Origin: Porphyromonadaceae bacterium
Lineage (GTDB): Bacteria > Bacteroidota > Bacteroidia > Bacteroidales > CAMTPD01
Assembly (NCBI GenBank): GCA_003447595.1
Contig: DLYT01000148.1
Span: 40,028 to 84,843 of the forward strand
Direction: 5' to 3'
DNA length: 44,816 bases
Each line of letters opens with the position of its first letter. Position 1 is the stretch's first letter. Under the pieces are notes generated by a model. The model saw only the letters and a program-made list of their open reading frames with translations, ran no database searches and was not told where the DNA came from. Positions 1 through 8,930 of the stretch are shown here, piece by piece. A program made the translations under genes and the position numbers.

Positions 1-373
1 TGACTGTTAGTTGTGTGTGTGATTTTAGCCAAGATGTGTGTAAAAGTTCTCTGTAAGGAATTTTGATGTCTGTGAGTAGATGAGTTTTTAATAGTTTGAT
101 AATGAGCCATGTCGTAGTAGTGCTGTCGCCCATTATATTGTAAGAAAAAATCGAGTTCGGTATAACACTTTAAGTAGATTTCTCTCGGAATCAGCTATTG
201 GATATGTAATCGTTTTAATTTAGTAAAGAACTATGTGTGAATAGTTGATTCCATGGTTGTAATGATTGTAGAGTTATTTCTCAATCCAATCTTAATGTTA
301 TTGTCTCTATGTATGAACGAAGTTATTGATTGTAATTTAATTAATTATATTTTCATAAAATGTTTTTTTTGCT

Positions 374-404
374 TTTGATTACGTTGAAGTACGCACTATA
401 TTTG
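374..404 (+). promoter_or_regulatory. Candidate Bacteroidota primary-sigma promoter for the nuclease gene
   Basis: TTTG at 374-377 and TATATTTG (TAnnTTTG -7 consensus) at 397-404 are spaced 19 nt apart, about 20 nt upstream of the ATG at 424. This is a motif match only. Confidence 0.35.
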
Positions 405-423
405 TCGTGATTGAAATAAAGAC

Positions 424-1416
424 ATGGTTAAGCAAAAAAGAAAAAAAAGAAAATCGAAAAAGAAGTCTAAACGTTTCGAAATCTTGAAGGTACTTAAAGC
501 TGCACTTGTACTTGTTGGAGTAGTTCTGCTTGTTGGCTTTATGCTGAATCGAACCGGACTTATCCCCAAGGGAAAGGATTTAGTTACAGATTCAAAGCCT
601 TTGGTAGTAGATAAAGCTCCTAAAAAGTCTCAAGACAAGGAAAAACCTGCGGTTAATAATGCTAAAAAAAAATATTATAACACAAACAAAAAAGAGGATG
701 GTTACAGCTGTTCGTGGGAGAATGGTTCTGAATTGCCGTTGATTACACAGGTCAATCAAGGACAAAAGCAGCTTGTCAAGCACAAAGGATATACCGTTTT
801 ATATAACAAAAATACCCTGTTGCCTGATTGGGTCGCTTATGAACTTACTCGTGACGAAGCAAATGGAAAAGAAAAAAGATCAAATAAGTTTACTGTCGAT
901 CCTACGATAAAGGGGCGCTCAGCAACAAATGCAGATTATAAGAACTCCGGATATGATAGAGGTCATATGGCTCCTGCGGCAGATATGGGTTGGGGAGAAG
1001 ATATAATGAGAGAATCATTTTATTTTACAAACATCTGTCCTCAGTCTCCATCTTTAAATAGAGGAGTATGGAAAGAGCTTGAAGAACAAATCCGACGCTT
1101 AGCTATCAGAGACAGTGCGATTTGGGTAGTAACCGGACCCGTTTCTGACTCTGTGGTGAAACGAATAGGACCTAATAAGGTTGTCGTGCCGAAGTATTTT
1201 TACAAGGTGATTCTTTCTCCGTATAAAAAAAATATTAAAGGAGTAGGTTTTGTCTTTGAAAACAAAGAATATAACAAACGAGATTTGTTTATAAAATATG
1301 CAGTAACAATAGATAGTGTAGAGTCTTTGACAAAACTAGACTTTTTCCCGGCACTACCTGATGATATTGAAGAGGATATTGAGTCGGCTATAGATACAAA
1401 ATATTGGGTCAACTAA
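424..1416 (+). CDS. DNA/RNA non-specific endonuclease (Serratia NucA/EndoG-like beta-beta-alpha-Me family), membrane-anchored
   Basis: 330-aa ORF with the DRGHMAP active-site motif, a downstream N (FTNICPQ) and the ELEE region typical of this family. The N-terminus is polybasic (KQKRKKRKSKKKSKR) and is followed by one hydrophobic helix (ALVLVGVVLLVGFML). Confidence 0.85.
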   Translation: MVKQKRKKRKSKKKSKRFEILKVLKAALVLVGVVLLVGFMLNRTGLIPKGKDLVTDSKPLVVDKAPKKSQDKEKPAVNNAKKKYYNTNKKEDGYSCSWENGSELPLITQVNQGQKQLVKHKGYTVLYNKNTLLPDWVAYELTRDEANGKEKRSNKFTVDPTIKGRSATNADYKNSGYDRGHMAPAADMGWGEDIMRESFYFTNICPQSPSLNRGVWKELEEQIRRLAIRDSAIWVVTGPVSDSVVKRIGPNKVVVPKYFYKVILSPYKKNIKGVGFVFENKEYNKRDLFIKYAVTIDSVESLTKLDFFPALPDDIEEDIESAIDTKYWVN

Positions 1417-1472
1417 ATATTAAAATCTTAAGAATTAGAATATAAAGTGAAATGTGTAAATATTGATTTATT

Positions 1473-2525
1473 ATGAACGTTAGATTTATTCCAGTATTGC
1501 TGCTTACAGGTGTATTAGTATCTTGTGGCGGTAATAAAGAGGTGAAAGAATTGCCATTGCGTCCGGTAAAGGTCGAGAAGGTTATGCCATTAAATGTTGT
1601 AACAAAATCATTTAGTGGTGTTGTCGCTCCAGACCAGTTCAGTGACTTGGCATTTAGAATGAGCGGACCACTTGTATCATTAAATGTTGATGAAGGTCAA
1701 ACAGTAAAACGCGGTCAAGTGATTGCTGAGATTGATCCGAACGATTTTAAGCTTACAAATGAAGCAGACTACTCCAACTATCAAACTGCGAAGTCACAGT
1801 TGGAACGTGCTAAGAATCTTTTGGCTAAACAAGCAATCTCTGTTCAAGAGTATGAAACTACAGAAGCCAGATATTCTAGTGCGAAAGCAAACTATGAATA
1901 TTCTTCAAGTATTTTGAGCGACACCAAGCTTCGTGCACCATTCGATGGGTTTATCGCAAAGAAATACGTAGAAAACTACCAAAAGGTACAAGCAGGACAA
2001 GGGATTGTTTCTTTGATTAATCCAAGCAAACTATTGGTAAACTTTACATTGCCAGAAACAAATGCACCGGCATTGCAAGGCGACTATAAAATTTATGTAG
2101 AGTTTGAAAGTTATAAAGGAAAGCTATTCAGTGCTAAAATCAGAGACTTTGTAGAAGCTTCTCCTGACGGTGCAGGTTTGCCAGTAACTTTGTTGATTGA
2201 TGATCCTGCATTTAAAATCGATCTATTTAAAGTGTCTGTAGGATATTCTTGTACTATTTTGCTTGAAACATTCAACTCGAATTATACGAACGTATATTCA
2301 GTTCCATTGTCAGCTATTTTCAGCGATCCTAAAACTAACCAAAAATGTGTTTTTGTCTATAATTCGCAAACAGAGTCGGTTGAACAAAGAGCAATCGAAA
2401 CTGCCGGATTATTTGATGCAGACCGTGTAGCGATCTCATCAGGATTGAAAGAAAACGAGTCTGTAGTAACTGCAGGTGTTTTCTCTATCATCGACGGACA
2501 AAAAGTAAAACTATTAACTGAATAA
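1473..2525 (+). CDS. Efflux RND transporter periplasmic adaptor subunit (HlyD/MFP family), lipoprotein
   Basis: 350-aa ORF with a lipobox-like signal (LTGVLVSCGG), a coiled-coil/lipoyl-type middle region (RAPFDGFI motif), and a position directly upstream of an RND pump gene. Confidence 0.9.
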   Translation: MNVRFIPVLLLTGVLVSCGGNKEVKELPLRPVKVEKVMPLNVVTKSFSGVVAPDQFSDLAFRMSGPLVSLNVDEGQTVKRGQVIAEIDPNDFKLTNEADYSNYQTAKSQLERAKNLLAKQAISVQEYETTEARYSSAKANYEYSSSILSDTKLRAPFDGFIAKKYVENYQKVQAGQGIVSLINPSKLLVNFTLPETNAPALQGDYKIYVEFESYKGKLFSAKIRDFVEASPDGAGLPVTLLIDDPAFKIDLFKVSVGYSCTILLETFNSNYTNVYSVPLSAIFSDPKTNQKCVFVYNSQTESVEQRAIETAGLFDADRVAISSGLKENESVVTAGVFSIIDGQKVKLLTE

Positions 2526-2536
2526 GATTGACTAAT

Positions 2537-5500
2537 ATGAATATCCCAAAATATTCGATAGACAATCCGAAAGTAGTCTACTTCTTTCTAGTTATCCTGC
2601 TTTTTGGTGGGGTATTATCCTTTTTTAAATTAGGAAAGAAAGAAGACTCGCCTTTCGTGATTAAGCAAGGTGTTATCATTACACAATATCCCGGTGCTAC
2701 GCCAGCTGAAGTAGAAAAATTAATTACAGAGCCCATCGAACGTGAAATTCAAGGGGTTTCTGACGTATTTAAGCTAAAATCAGAATCTTATTTTGGCTTA
2801 TCAAAGATTACAATCGAGTTTATTCCTACAGTTCCGCCAGAAAGAATGCCGGAGAAATGGGACGAATTACGACGTAAAACGTTAAGTATACAACCCAAAT
2901 TGCCTTCGGGCGCATCTCAAATTACCGTCAACGACGACTTTGGTGATGTATTTGGTATTTACTATGGGTTAGCAGCCGATGATGGCTTCTCATATAAAGA
3001 CATGAGAGACTGGGCGCAAAAGATCAAAGTACAGGTAACGCCAATTCAAGGGGTTCAGAAAGTATTTTTGTTTGGTGAGCAAATCGAGGTTGTGAATGTA
3101 CTTATCTCTACTTCTCAACTATCAACACTAGGAGTAGATCCTAACTCAATCATGCAAGTTTTGCAAACTCAAAACTTGTTGGTGAATACCGGTGAAATCA
3201 ATACCGGACAATACCAGTTGAGATTAATGGCTGCTGGTACTTATAAGAACCTTGATGATATTCGTAACCAGATTATTCTTACACGTAACGGAAATGAAGT
3301 TCGTTTAGGAGATGTGGCAACGATTGATCGTGGTTATATGGACCCTCCTAGCAACCTAATGCGTATCAACGGAAAGAAAGCAATTGGTATTGGTATCGCA
3401 ACCGGAGCCAAAGATGACGTTGTTGCCGTAGGTAAACTTGTTCGTGCGAAACTGGATGAGATGACTTCTCAATTACCTATCGGACTTGAACTAGAACCGA
3501 TCTATCCGGAAGATGTAATTGCAAACGAAGCTAATAATGGATTTATCATCAATTTGATCGAATCTATTATTATCGTAATTGTAGTGATATTCTTGGTTAT
3601 GGGAGCGCGTGCAGGTATGCTTATCGGTAGTTCGCTTTTATTCTCTGTGGGAGGTACATTGTTGCTGATGTTATTTATGGGCGTTGGTCTGAACCGTACG
3701 TCACTTGCAGCATTTATCATTGCGATGGGTATGCTGGTAGATAATGCCATTGTGGTAACAGACAATGCTCAGATCGGTATCAAGAAAGGTTTGCCAAAGA
3801 TGAAAGCTCTTATCGATGGAGCAACGATTCCGCAATGGGGACTTCTAGGTGCGACATTCATTGCCATCTGTTCATTCCTTCCATTGTATTTGGCACCGGC
3901 AGCCGTAGCTGAGATTGTAAAACCTTTGTTTATCGTATTAGCAGTATCTCTTGGTTTGAGTTGGGTGTTGGCACTTATGCAAACAACAACCTTCGGTATG
4001 TTTATCCTTAAGGAAAATAAAGACGGAGCAGGAGCAGACCCATACGATACAAAATTCTATCACAAATTTGAAAACATCATAACCAAACTGATCAAGTTCC
4101 GTTACTTGACGTTGTTAAGTGCATTTGCAGGCTTGTTTATTGCTTTGGTTGTAATGGGCTTAATGCCTCAAAGTTTCTTCCCTTCATTGGATAAACCATA
4201 CTTACGTGCCGACTTGATCTTCCCTGAAGGTTATGGTATCAGAGATGTGGAAGCAAATGTGAAGAAGATTGAGGCGCACATGATGGAACAACCAGGAGTT
4301 AAGAACGTATCAATCACGATGGGTGGTTCTCCGGTACGTTACTATCTTGCAAGTTCATCGTACGGACCTAAACCAAACTTTGCAAATATCCTTATCGAGA
4401 CAGAAGACTCTGAGTCATCGACAAGACTAGAAGATTACATCTATAATTATGTAAGCAACAACTATCCGAATATCCTTATTCGTTCGTCGTTGTTTATGCT
4501 TTCTCCGGTGCCTGATGCCGCAATTGAAATTGGTTTTATCGGAAACAATATTGATACATTGGTATCTCTTACCGAGCAAGCTAAAACAATCATGCGTAAT
4601 TCGGACATGGTAAAAGAAGTACGCGACAGCTGGGGTAATAAAGTACCGGTATGGGATCCATTGTTCTCACAAGAGAAGGGGCTTCGTTTGGGTATCACTC
4701 GTCAGCAGTTGGCATACTCATTGCGTTCGGCAACAAACGGACTTCCATTGGGCGAATATCGTGAAGGCGACTTGTTCATGCCGATCTTGTTGAAAGATCA
4801 AGACATCGACTCAATGCGCTTAAATGACATCTATACATTGCCGGTATTCAGTACAAAAGGTAAACCAATCAATGTAGAGCAGGTTGTGGATCAATTCCCG
4901 CTCAACTATGACTACAATGTAATCAAACGCTATAACCGTGAGCGTGTGATGATGGCTCAGTGCGAACCTCGTCGCGACGTAAACCGTATTGCAGCGTTTA
5001 ATGATGTGTGGGCAAAGATGCAAGAGCAAATGGTGATACCAGAAGGATATAAGATGAAGTACTTCGGTGAAAAAGAAAGTCAGGACGAAGGTAATGCAGC
5101 TATTGCAGAAAACGTTCCACTTACTTTTATCCTTATCTACATTACCTTGCTATTCTTGTTCCCAAAAACATATCGCAAGCCGGTGATCATTATGGCGATG
5201 TTGCCACTGATCTTTATCGGTATTGTATTTGGTCTAGTTGTGTTTGGTAAATCGTTCGACTTCTTTGGTATTCTAGGATTACTAGGTCTGATTGGTATGA
5301 ACATTAAGAACGCTATCGTGTTAGTAGATCAGATTGGTATTGAAACGGATGCCGGATTGAAACCGCTCGATGCAGTAGTTCAGGCAACCAAGACCAGAAT
5401 CGTGCCTGTAACCATGGCTTCGGGTACTACAATTCTAGGTATGTTACCATTGTTGGGAGACGCAATGTTTGGTGGTATGGCCGCAGTAATCATGGGTGGA

Positions 5501-5581
5501 TTGCTTATGGCTACAATCCTTACCATCTTTGTTCTTCCTGTTACATATTGCGTATTCTTCAGAATTAAATCAGAAAAATAA
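2537..5581 (+). CDS. Efflux RND transporter permease (AcrB/AcrD/AcrF family)
   Basis: ORF of about 1015 aa with the 12-TM RND architecture: two large periplasmic loops and conserved TM4/TM10 segments (VDNAIVV, KNAIVLVD). The ORF track starts at TTG 2528. The ATG at 2537 (MNIPKYSI...) looks more likely. Confidence 0.95.
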   Translation: MNIPKYSIDNPKVVYFFLVILLFGGVLSFFKLGKKEDSPFVIKQGVIITQYPGATPAEVEKLITEPIEREIQGVSDVFKLKSESYFGLSKITIEFIPTVPPERMPEKWDELRRKTLSIQPKLPSGASQITVNDDFGDVFGIYYGLAADDGFSYKDMRDWAQKIKVQVTPIQGVQKVFLFGEQIEVVNVLISTSQLSTLGVDPNSIMQVLQTQNLLVNTGEINTGQYQLRLMAAGTYKNLDDIRNQIILTRNGNEVRLGDVATIDRGYMDPPSNLMRINGKKAIGIGIATGAKDDVVAVGKLVRAKLDEMTSQLPIGLELEPIYPEDVIANEANNGFIINLIESIIIVIVVIFLVMGARAGMLIGSSLLFSVGGTLLLMLFMGVGLNRTSLAAFIIAMGMLVDNAIVVTDNAQIGIKKGLPKMKALIDGATIPQWGLLGATFIAICSFLPLYLAPAAVAEIVKPLFIVLAVSLGLSWVLALMQTTTFGMFILKENKDGAGADPYDTKFYHKFENIITKLIKFRYLTLLSAFAGLFIALVVMGLMPQSFFPSLDKPYLRADLIFPEGYGIRDVEANVKKIEAHMMEQPGVKNVSITMGGSPVRYYLASSSYGPKPNFANILIETEDSESSTRLEDYIYNYVSNNYPNILIRSSLFMLSPVPDAAIEIGFIGNNIDTLVSLTEQAKTIMRNSDMVKEVRDSWGNKVPVWDPLFSQEKGLRLGITRQQLAYSLRSATNGLPLGEYREGDLFMPILLKDQDIDSMRLNDIYTLPVFSTKGKPINVEQVVDQFPLNYDYNVIKRYNRERVMMAQCEPRRDVNRIAAFNDVWAKMQEQMVIPEGYKMKYFGEKESQDEGNAAIAENVPLTFILIYITLLFLFPKTYRKPVIIMAMLPLIFIGIVFGLVVFGKSFDFFGILGLLGLIGMNIKNAIVLVDQIGIETDAGLKPLDAVVQATKTRIVPVTMASGTTILGMLPLLGDAMFGGMAAVIMGGLLMATILTIFVLPVTYCVFFRIKSEK

Positions 5582-5582
5582 T

Positions 5583-6869
5583 ATGATAAAGAAACTAGTG
5601 TTATCACTTGTGATCGCTCAGTCGGGGTTTTGTGCATTTGCACAAAACTCTGCGATCTCAGTGTCTGAATACAAAGAAAGAGCATTAGAATATAGTAAGC
5701 AGTATAAGCAAGCCGAACAACAACGCATAGCAACCGAAGCAGGAGTAAAGTCGGCAAAATCAGCCTTCTTACCTCAAATCGATGCAGCCGGTAGTTATCA
5801 ATATCGTATCAATAAGTATGATATGGCATTGGGCGGAGCAAGTGTGCCAATGGCACACGACTCTTATTCGGCAGAGATTGGAGCTGTTCAAAGCATCTAT
5901 GCAGGGGGAGCAATCTATAACTCATACAAAGCATCTCAATTGCAAAACGATATCGCCATTGAAAGTCAGAAGCTGACCAAGGATAATGTGCTATATTCGG
6001 CAGATGTTCTTTATTGGTCTACTGCTGCGCGCAAAGAGATGTATGAGATTATGACTGAATACGTGCAAATCATTCAGCAAACATACGATCTTATTGCAGA
6101 GCGTTTCAACGACGGACTTATCAGTAAAACAGACTTGCTTCAAGTTTCGTCTCGTTTGCAAGAAGCACAACTTCAAAAAGTAAATGCACTCAAAGCATAC
6201 CAATTGTCGTTAGAGAACTTCAATGTACTTATCGGCAACAATCCAAGCACTCCTATTACTTTAGGAGACTCAATTACAACAGCAGTTGTAATGCCAATGG
6301 AAGTTGGTGTGACTTCAGCATACTCTAATCGTCCGGAGATGAAGATCTCTGACTTGCAAATCTCATTGGCAGACCGTCAGGTAAACCTTGCAAAAAGTAA
6401 ATACTTACCAAACGTTGCAATCGGTTTCAAACAAACTTGGGGAACTACAATGATTAACGTAAGTGGAGAAACCATGTGGAACTCGATCGCTTATGCATCT
6501 GTTCAAGTTCCGATCTTCCACTGGGGTGGTCGTTTGCAAAATGTAAGAGCAGCAAAAGCTCAAAAGATTGCGCAAGAACTCGGTTATCAAATTACGAGAG
6601 ATCAAGTAACAAACGAAGTGTCGAATGCATGGACCAACTTGCAAGAGAATACTCGCTTGGTTGATGTTGCGAACAACACTGTGAATATTGCACAAGAAAA
6701 CTTAGACATCAATACGTTTAGCTACGCTGAGGGTCGTCTTACTATTCTTGACGTGTTGCAATCTCAGCTTACATGGATTCAAGCCTATACAAACCTTGTA
6801 AACTCACATTTACAACAAAAGGTTTCTATTGCTGATTACCAAAAAGCAGTGGGTGTAAACAACTACTAA
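5583..6869 (+). CDS. TolC-family outer membrane efflux protein
   Basis: The tracked ORF begins at 5496 inside the pump gene. The in-frame ATG at 5583, 1 nt after the pump stop, gives a typical signal peptide (MIKKLVLSLVIAQSGFCAFAQ). The internal repeat and coiled-coil composition are typical of OMF proteins. Confidence 0.9.
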   Translation: MIKKLVLSLVIAQSGFCAFAQNSAISVSEYKERALEYSKQYKQAEQQRIATEAGVKSAKSAFLPQIDAAGSYQYRINKYDMALGGASVPMAHDSYSAEIGAVQSIYAGGAIYNSYKASQLQNDIAIESQKLTKDNVLYSADVLYWSTAARKEMYEIMTEYVQIIQQTYDLIAERFNDGLISKTDLLQVSSRLQEAQLQKVNALKAYQLSLENFNVLIGNNPSTPITLGDSITTAVVMPMEVGVTSAYSNRPEMKISDLQISLADRQVNLAKSKYLPNVAIGFKQTWGTTMINVSGETMWNSIAYASVQVPIFHWGGRLQNVRAAKAQKIAQELGYQITRDQVTNEVSNAWTNLQENTRLVDVANNTVNIAQENLDINTFSYAEGRLTILDVLQSQLTWIQAYTNLVNSHLQQKVSIADYQKAVGVNNY

Positions 6870-6914
6870 TTGTTTTACAAGCAGAGGCAATAAGTTTCTG
6901 TCATTATACAAAAA

Positions 6915-6959
6915 CCTCACCGATATCGATCATTCGATCTTCGGTGGGGTTTTTCTTTT
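6915..6959 (+). terminator. Rho-independent terminator after RND operon 1
   Basis: CCTCACCGA (6915-6923) pairs with TCGGTGGGG (6941-6949, one G-U) and is followed by TTTTTCTTTT. Confidence 0.6.
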
Positions 6960-6964
6960 GCTTA

Positions 6965-7815
6965 AAATATACACTAAGCAGGTTTTAAGTGACATTCAAG
7001 CGTGCTTTTAGAGAGGAGTTTTTTGTGTATTTATGGCCGTTTTGCGCTCTAGATTTATGAATCTGTCCTGTTTTTTGCTTTTAGAAAATGAGGTGAAGCC
7101 CCCAATAAAAGAGGGTAAAAGCATCTGGAAAATAAGATTGTCCTGAAAACCATACATGCTTTTGGTCAAAACCATGCTTGGTTCTTGCAAAAAGCTAGTT
7201 TAGTTTGTCGGAAAACCAAGCTAGGTTCTGAAAAATAGCAAGTTGGGTTGTTGTGACAACGTTTTTAGGTATTAAAAAATACGATTTATGTCTTCGATAA
7301 ACACGCAAAATGTTTTCAATGAAGACGATTTGCAGTTATAACGACTAGTGTAAATAGTTTTCACGGTGAATGCAAACAGTATTCACGGTGAGTAAATGCA
7401 ATCACCGCAATAACTATTTGTGATGTTCACGAATACTTCTACAGCTCAACTAGAGTACCGTGTGTTGCAGGTGGAGTGTGCACCTGTCGTTGCAGTAAAA
7501 AGCAGTCTCGCGGAGTTGACAAATGCGAGAAGAAAGCACCTGAAGCATTATGACGGCAAAATGAAACAGCAGAAGAGAAGTCTTTGTAACAAACTTCAAA
7601 AGAGTGTAAGGTAAAGTTTGCATTCGATGAGCAGGATGCTATATTTTTATTTGTTCATTTTTGAGTCAAACCAGAGAAAAAACATCGAAAAAACGGTTAG
7701 AATGACTGATTCCTTAGCAAACTAAAAAAGATTGCCGTTTGCAGGTAAAATACAATAAGTGTGCTGTTTTTGTAAATAATATGGAAAATTAATTTGTAAT
7801 CTACTGGGCATAAAT
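6965..7815 (+). repeat. Long non-coding repeat element, copy A (inverted paralogue of 34283..35110), made of degenerate ~22-bp units
   Basis: Collinear reverse-complement anchors link this copy to copy B: 6971-6979 acactaagc / 35095-35103; the exact 15-mer 7040-7054 ttttgcgctctagat / 35020-35034; 7578-7584 / 34512-34518; and the exact 11-mer 7641-7651 / 34446-34456. Anchor spacing agrees to within about 25 nt over 600 nt. No conserved ORF is present. The outer boundaries are approximate. Confidence 0.6.
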
Positions 7816-7836
7816 GCGATAAAAAATGAAACAAAA

Positions 7837-7867
7837 TTTGGTTGTTATAAATATTATCGTAATTTTG
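7837..7867 (+). promoter_or_regulatory. Candidate his operon promoter
   Basis: TTTG at 7837-7840 and TAATTTTG (TAnnTTTG) at 7860-7867 are spaced 19 nt apart, about 20 nt upstream of the leader-peptide ATG. Confidence 0.4.
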
Positions 7868-7887
7868 TCATCGAAGAAAAGAGAAAT

Positions 7888-7953
7888 ATGAAACAAGTAG
7901 TTTTAAATATGATTCATCATCATCACCACGGATATCCATTCGGGGGCAGGTGA
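7888..7953 (+). CDS. his operon leader peptide (MKQVVLNMIHHHHHGYPFGGR)
   Basis: 21-codon ORF with five consecutive His codons (7915-7929). It lies between the candidate promoter and a terminator hairpin, directly upstream of hisG. Confidence 0.6.
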   Translation: MKQVVLNMIHHHHHGYPFGGR

Positions 7954-7988
7954 ATTATATAGTAAACTCATGTTATTATAAAATATAA

Positions 7989-8017
7989 AAGGCTTGCCGT
8001 ATGGTGAGCCTTTTTTT
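7989..8017 (+). terminator. his attenuator terminator
   Basis: AAGGCTTGCC (7989-7998) pairs with GGTGAGCCTT (8003-8012) through a GTAT loop, with two G-U pairs. The T7 run (8011-8017) begins inside the 3' arm, and hisG starts 35 nt downstream. GGCAGG at 7945-7950 at the end of the leader ORF can pair with CTTGCC at 7993-7998 as a possible antiterminator. Confidence 0.6.
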
Positions 8018-8051
8018 GTTTCCGATTGTTTAATAAAAAAATAGATAAGAC

Positions 8052-8903
8052 ATGTTACGAATCGCAGTACAGGCCAAAGGCCGTTTATATGAAGAGACAA
8101 TGAAGTTGCTAGAAGAAGCAGGAGTAAAATGGAACAGCTCGAAGAGAACACTCCTTCTTTCATCAAGCACATTTCCGGCAGAGATACTATTTCTTCGCGA
8201 CGACGATATACCTCAATCTGTAGCTTATGGTGTTGCCGATGTAGGTATCGTGGGAGAAAACGAAGTGGCAGAAAAGGCACAAAATGTGGAAGTAATCAAG
8301 CGTCTTGGTTTTAGTAAGTGTCGTTTGTCGCTAGCTATTCCTAAAGAAGTAGACTATAAAGGGCTCGATTGGTTTCAAAACAAAACGATTGCAACCTCTT
8401 ATCCGGGCATTTTGTCTGCGTTTCTTGCCAAGAACAACATCAAAGCAGAGATGCACGAGATCAGCGGTTCGGTAGAAGTGGCTCCGGGTATTGGCTTGGC
8501 CGACGCAATCTTTGATATCGTAAGTTCGGGCAGTACGCTTGTAAGCAATCACCTGAAAGAAGTAGAAGTGGTGATGAAGTCAGAGGCTTTGATCATTGGC
8601 AACAATAAACTAACCGACGACAAACGTGCCATCTTGAATGAATTGATGTTTAGAATCGACTCGATCCAAGCGGCCGAAGGAAAGAAATACATCATGATGA
8701 ACGCGCCAACTGCCAAACTTGACGAAATTAGTCGTATTTTGCCGGGAATGAAAAGTCCTACACTTACACACCTTGCTACAGAAGGATGGTGCTCATTGCA
8801 GGCAGTAATTGAAGAAAAACGTTTCTGGGAAATCATTGGGCAGCTTAAAGAACTGGGTGCTGAAGGTATCTTGGTAATGCCAATTGAAAAAATGATTCTT
8901 TAG
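8052..8903 (+). CDS. hisG: ATP phosphoribosyltransferase (long form)
   Basis: 283-aa ORF starting MLRIAVQAKGRL, with the DIVSSGSTL PRPP-binding motif and a C-terminal regulatory domain. It is the first gene of a hisGDCB cluster. Confidence 0.95.
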   Translation: MLRIAVQAKGRLYEETMKLLEEAGVKWNSSKRTLLLSSSTFPAEILFLRDDDIPQSVAYGVADVGIVGENEVAEKAQNVEVIKRLGFSKCRLSLAIPKEVDYKGLDWFQNKTIATSYPGILSAFLAKNNIKAEMHEISGSVEVAPGIGLADAIFDIVSSGSTLVSNHLKEVEVVMKSEALIIGNNKLTDDKRAILNELMFRIDSIQAAEGKKYIMMNAPTAKLDEISRILPGMKSPTLTHLATEGWCSLQAVIEEKRFWEIIGQLKELGAEGILVMPIEKMIL

Positions 8904-8930
8904 TACACAACCTATACAATTCAGCTTATT

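Noticed and set aside
1-110. A possible 5' end of a minus-strand gene (ATG at 110..108, MAHYQTIKNSSTHRHQNSLQRTFTHILAKITHTTNS...) runs off the left edge.
   Set aside because: Only about 36 codons are visible, the composition is odd (His/Thr-rich), and there is no recognisable motif. This is not enough evidence to call a gene.
441-1232. The A8-A9 homopolymer runs in the nuclease gene might be a slipped-strand phase-variation switch.
   Set aside because: The runs are short, they encode expected Lys-rich segments in an AT-rich genome, and there is no evidence of length heterogeneity from a single sequence.
5496-5582. A long N-terminal extension of the TolC ORF overlaps the end of the RND pump gene. 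The same situation occurs at 30324..30449 for the second TolC gene.
   Set aside because: The internal ATGs at 5583 and 30450 give canonical signal peptides immediately after, or overlapping, the pump stop codon. The extensions are read-through of the pump coding region in another frame.
7008-7190. A small ORF (60 aa, minus strand) and its counterpart at 34899..35087 (62 aa, plus strand) both encode ...NLERK... in equivalent orientation within the repeat elements.
   Set aside because: The shared peptide comes from the single exact 15-nt anchor. The remaining residues are not conserved, the spacing differs by non-triplet indels, and there is no protein-like substitution pattern. These ORFs are most likely chance frames in AT-rich non-coding DNA.
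7420-7614. A small ORF (64 aa, plus strand) and its positional counterpart at 34313..34561 (82 aa, minus strand) lie in the repeat elements.
   Set aside because: They only partly overlap homologous nucleotides, the start and stop positions are not conserved, and similarity is at the nucleotide level rather than the amino-acid level.
6965-7815. The 22-bp iteron-like array might be a replication origin (oriC or plasmid-type).
   Set aside because: I found no matches to the DnaA-box consensus TTATCCACA/TGTGGATAA in either copy, there is no adjacent dnaA, rep or par gene, and there are two copies in one window. I keep this only as a remote alternative within the periodicity finding.
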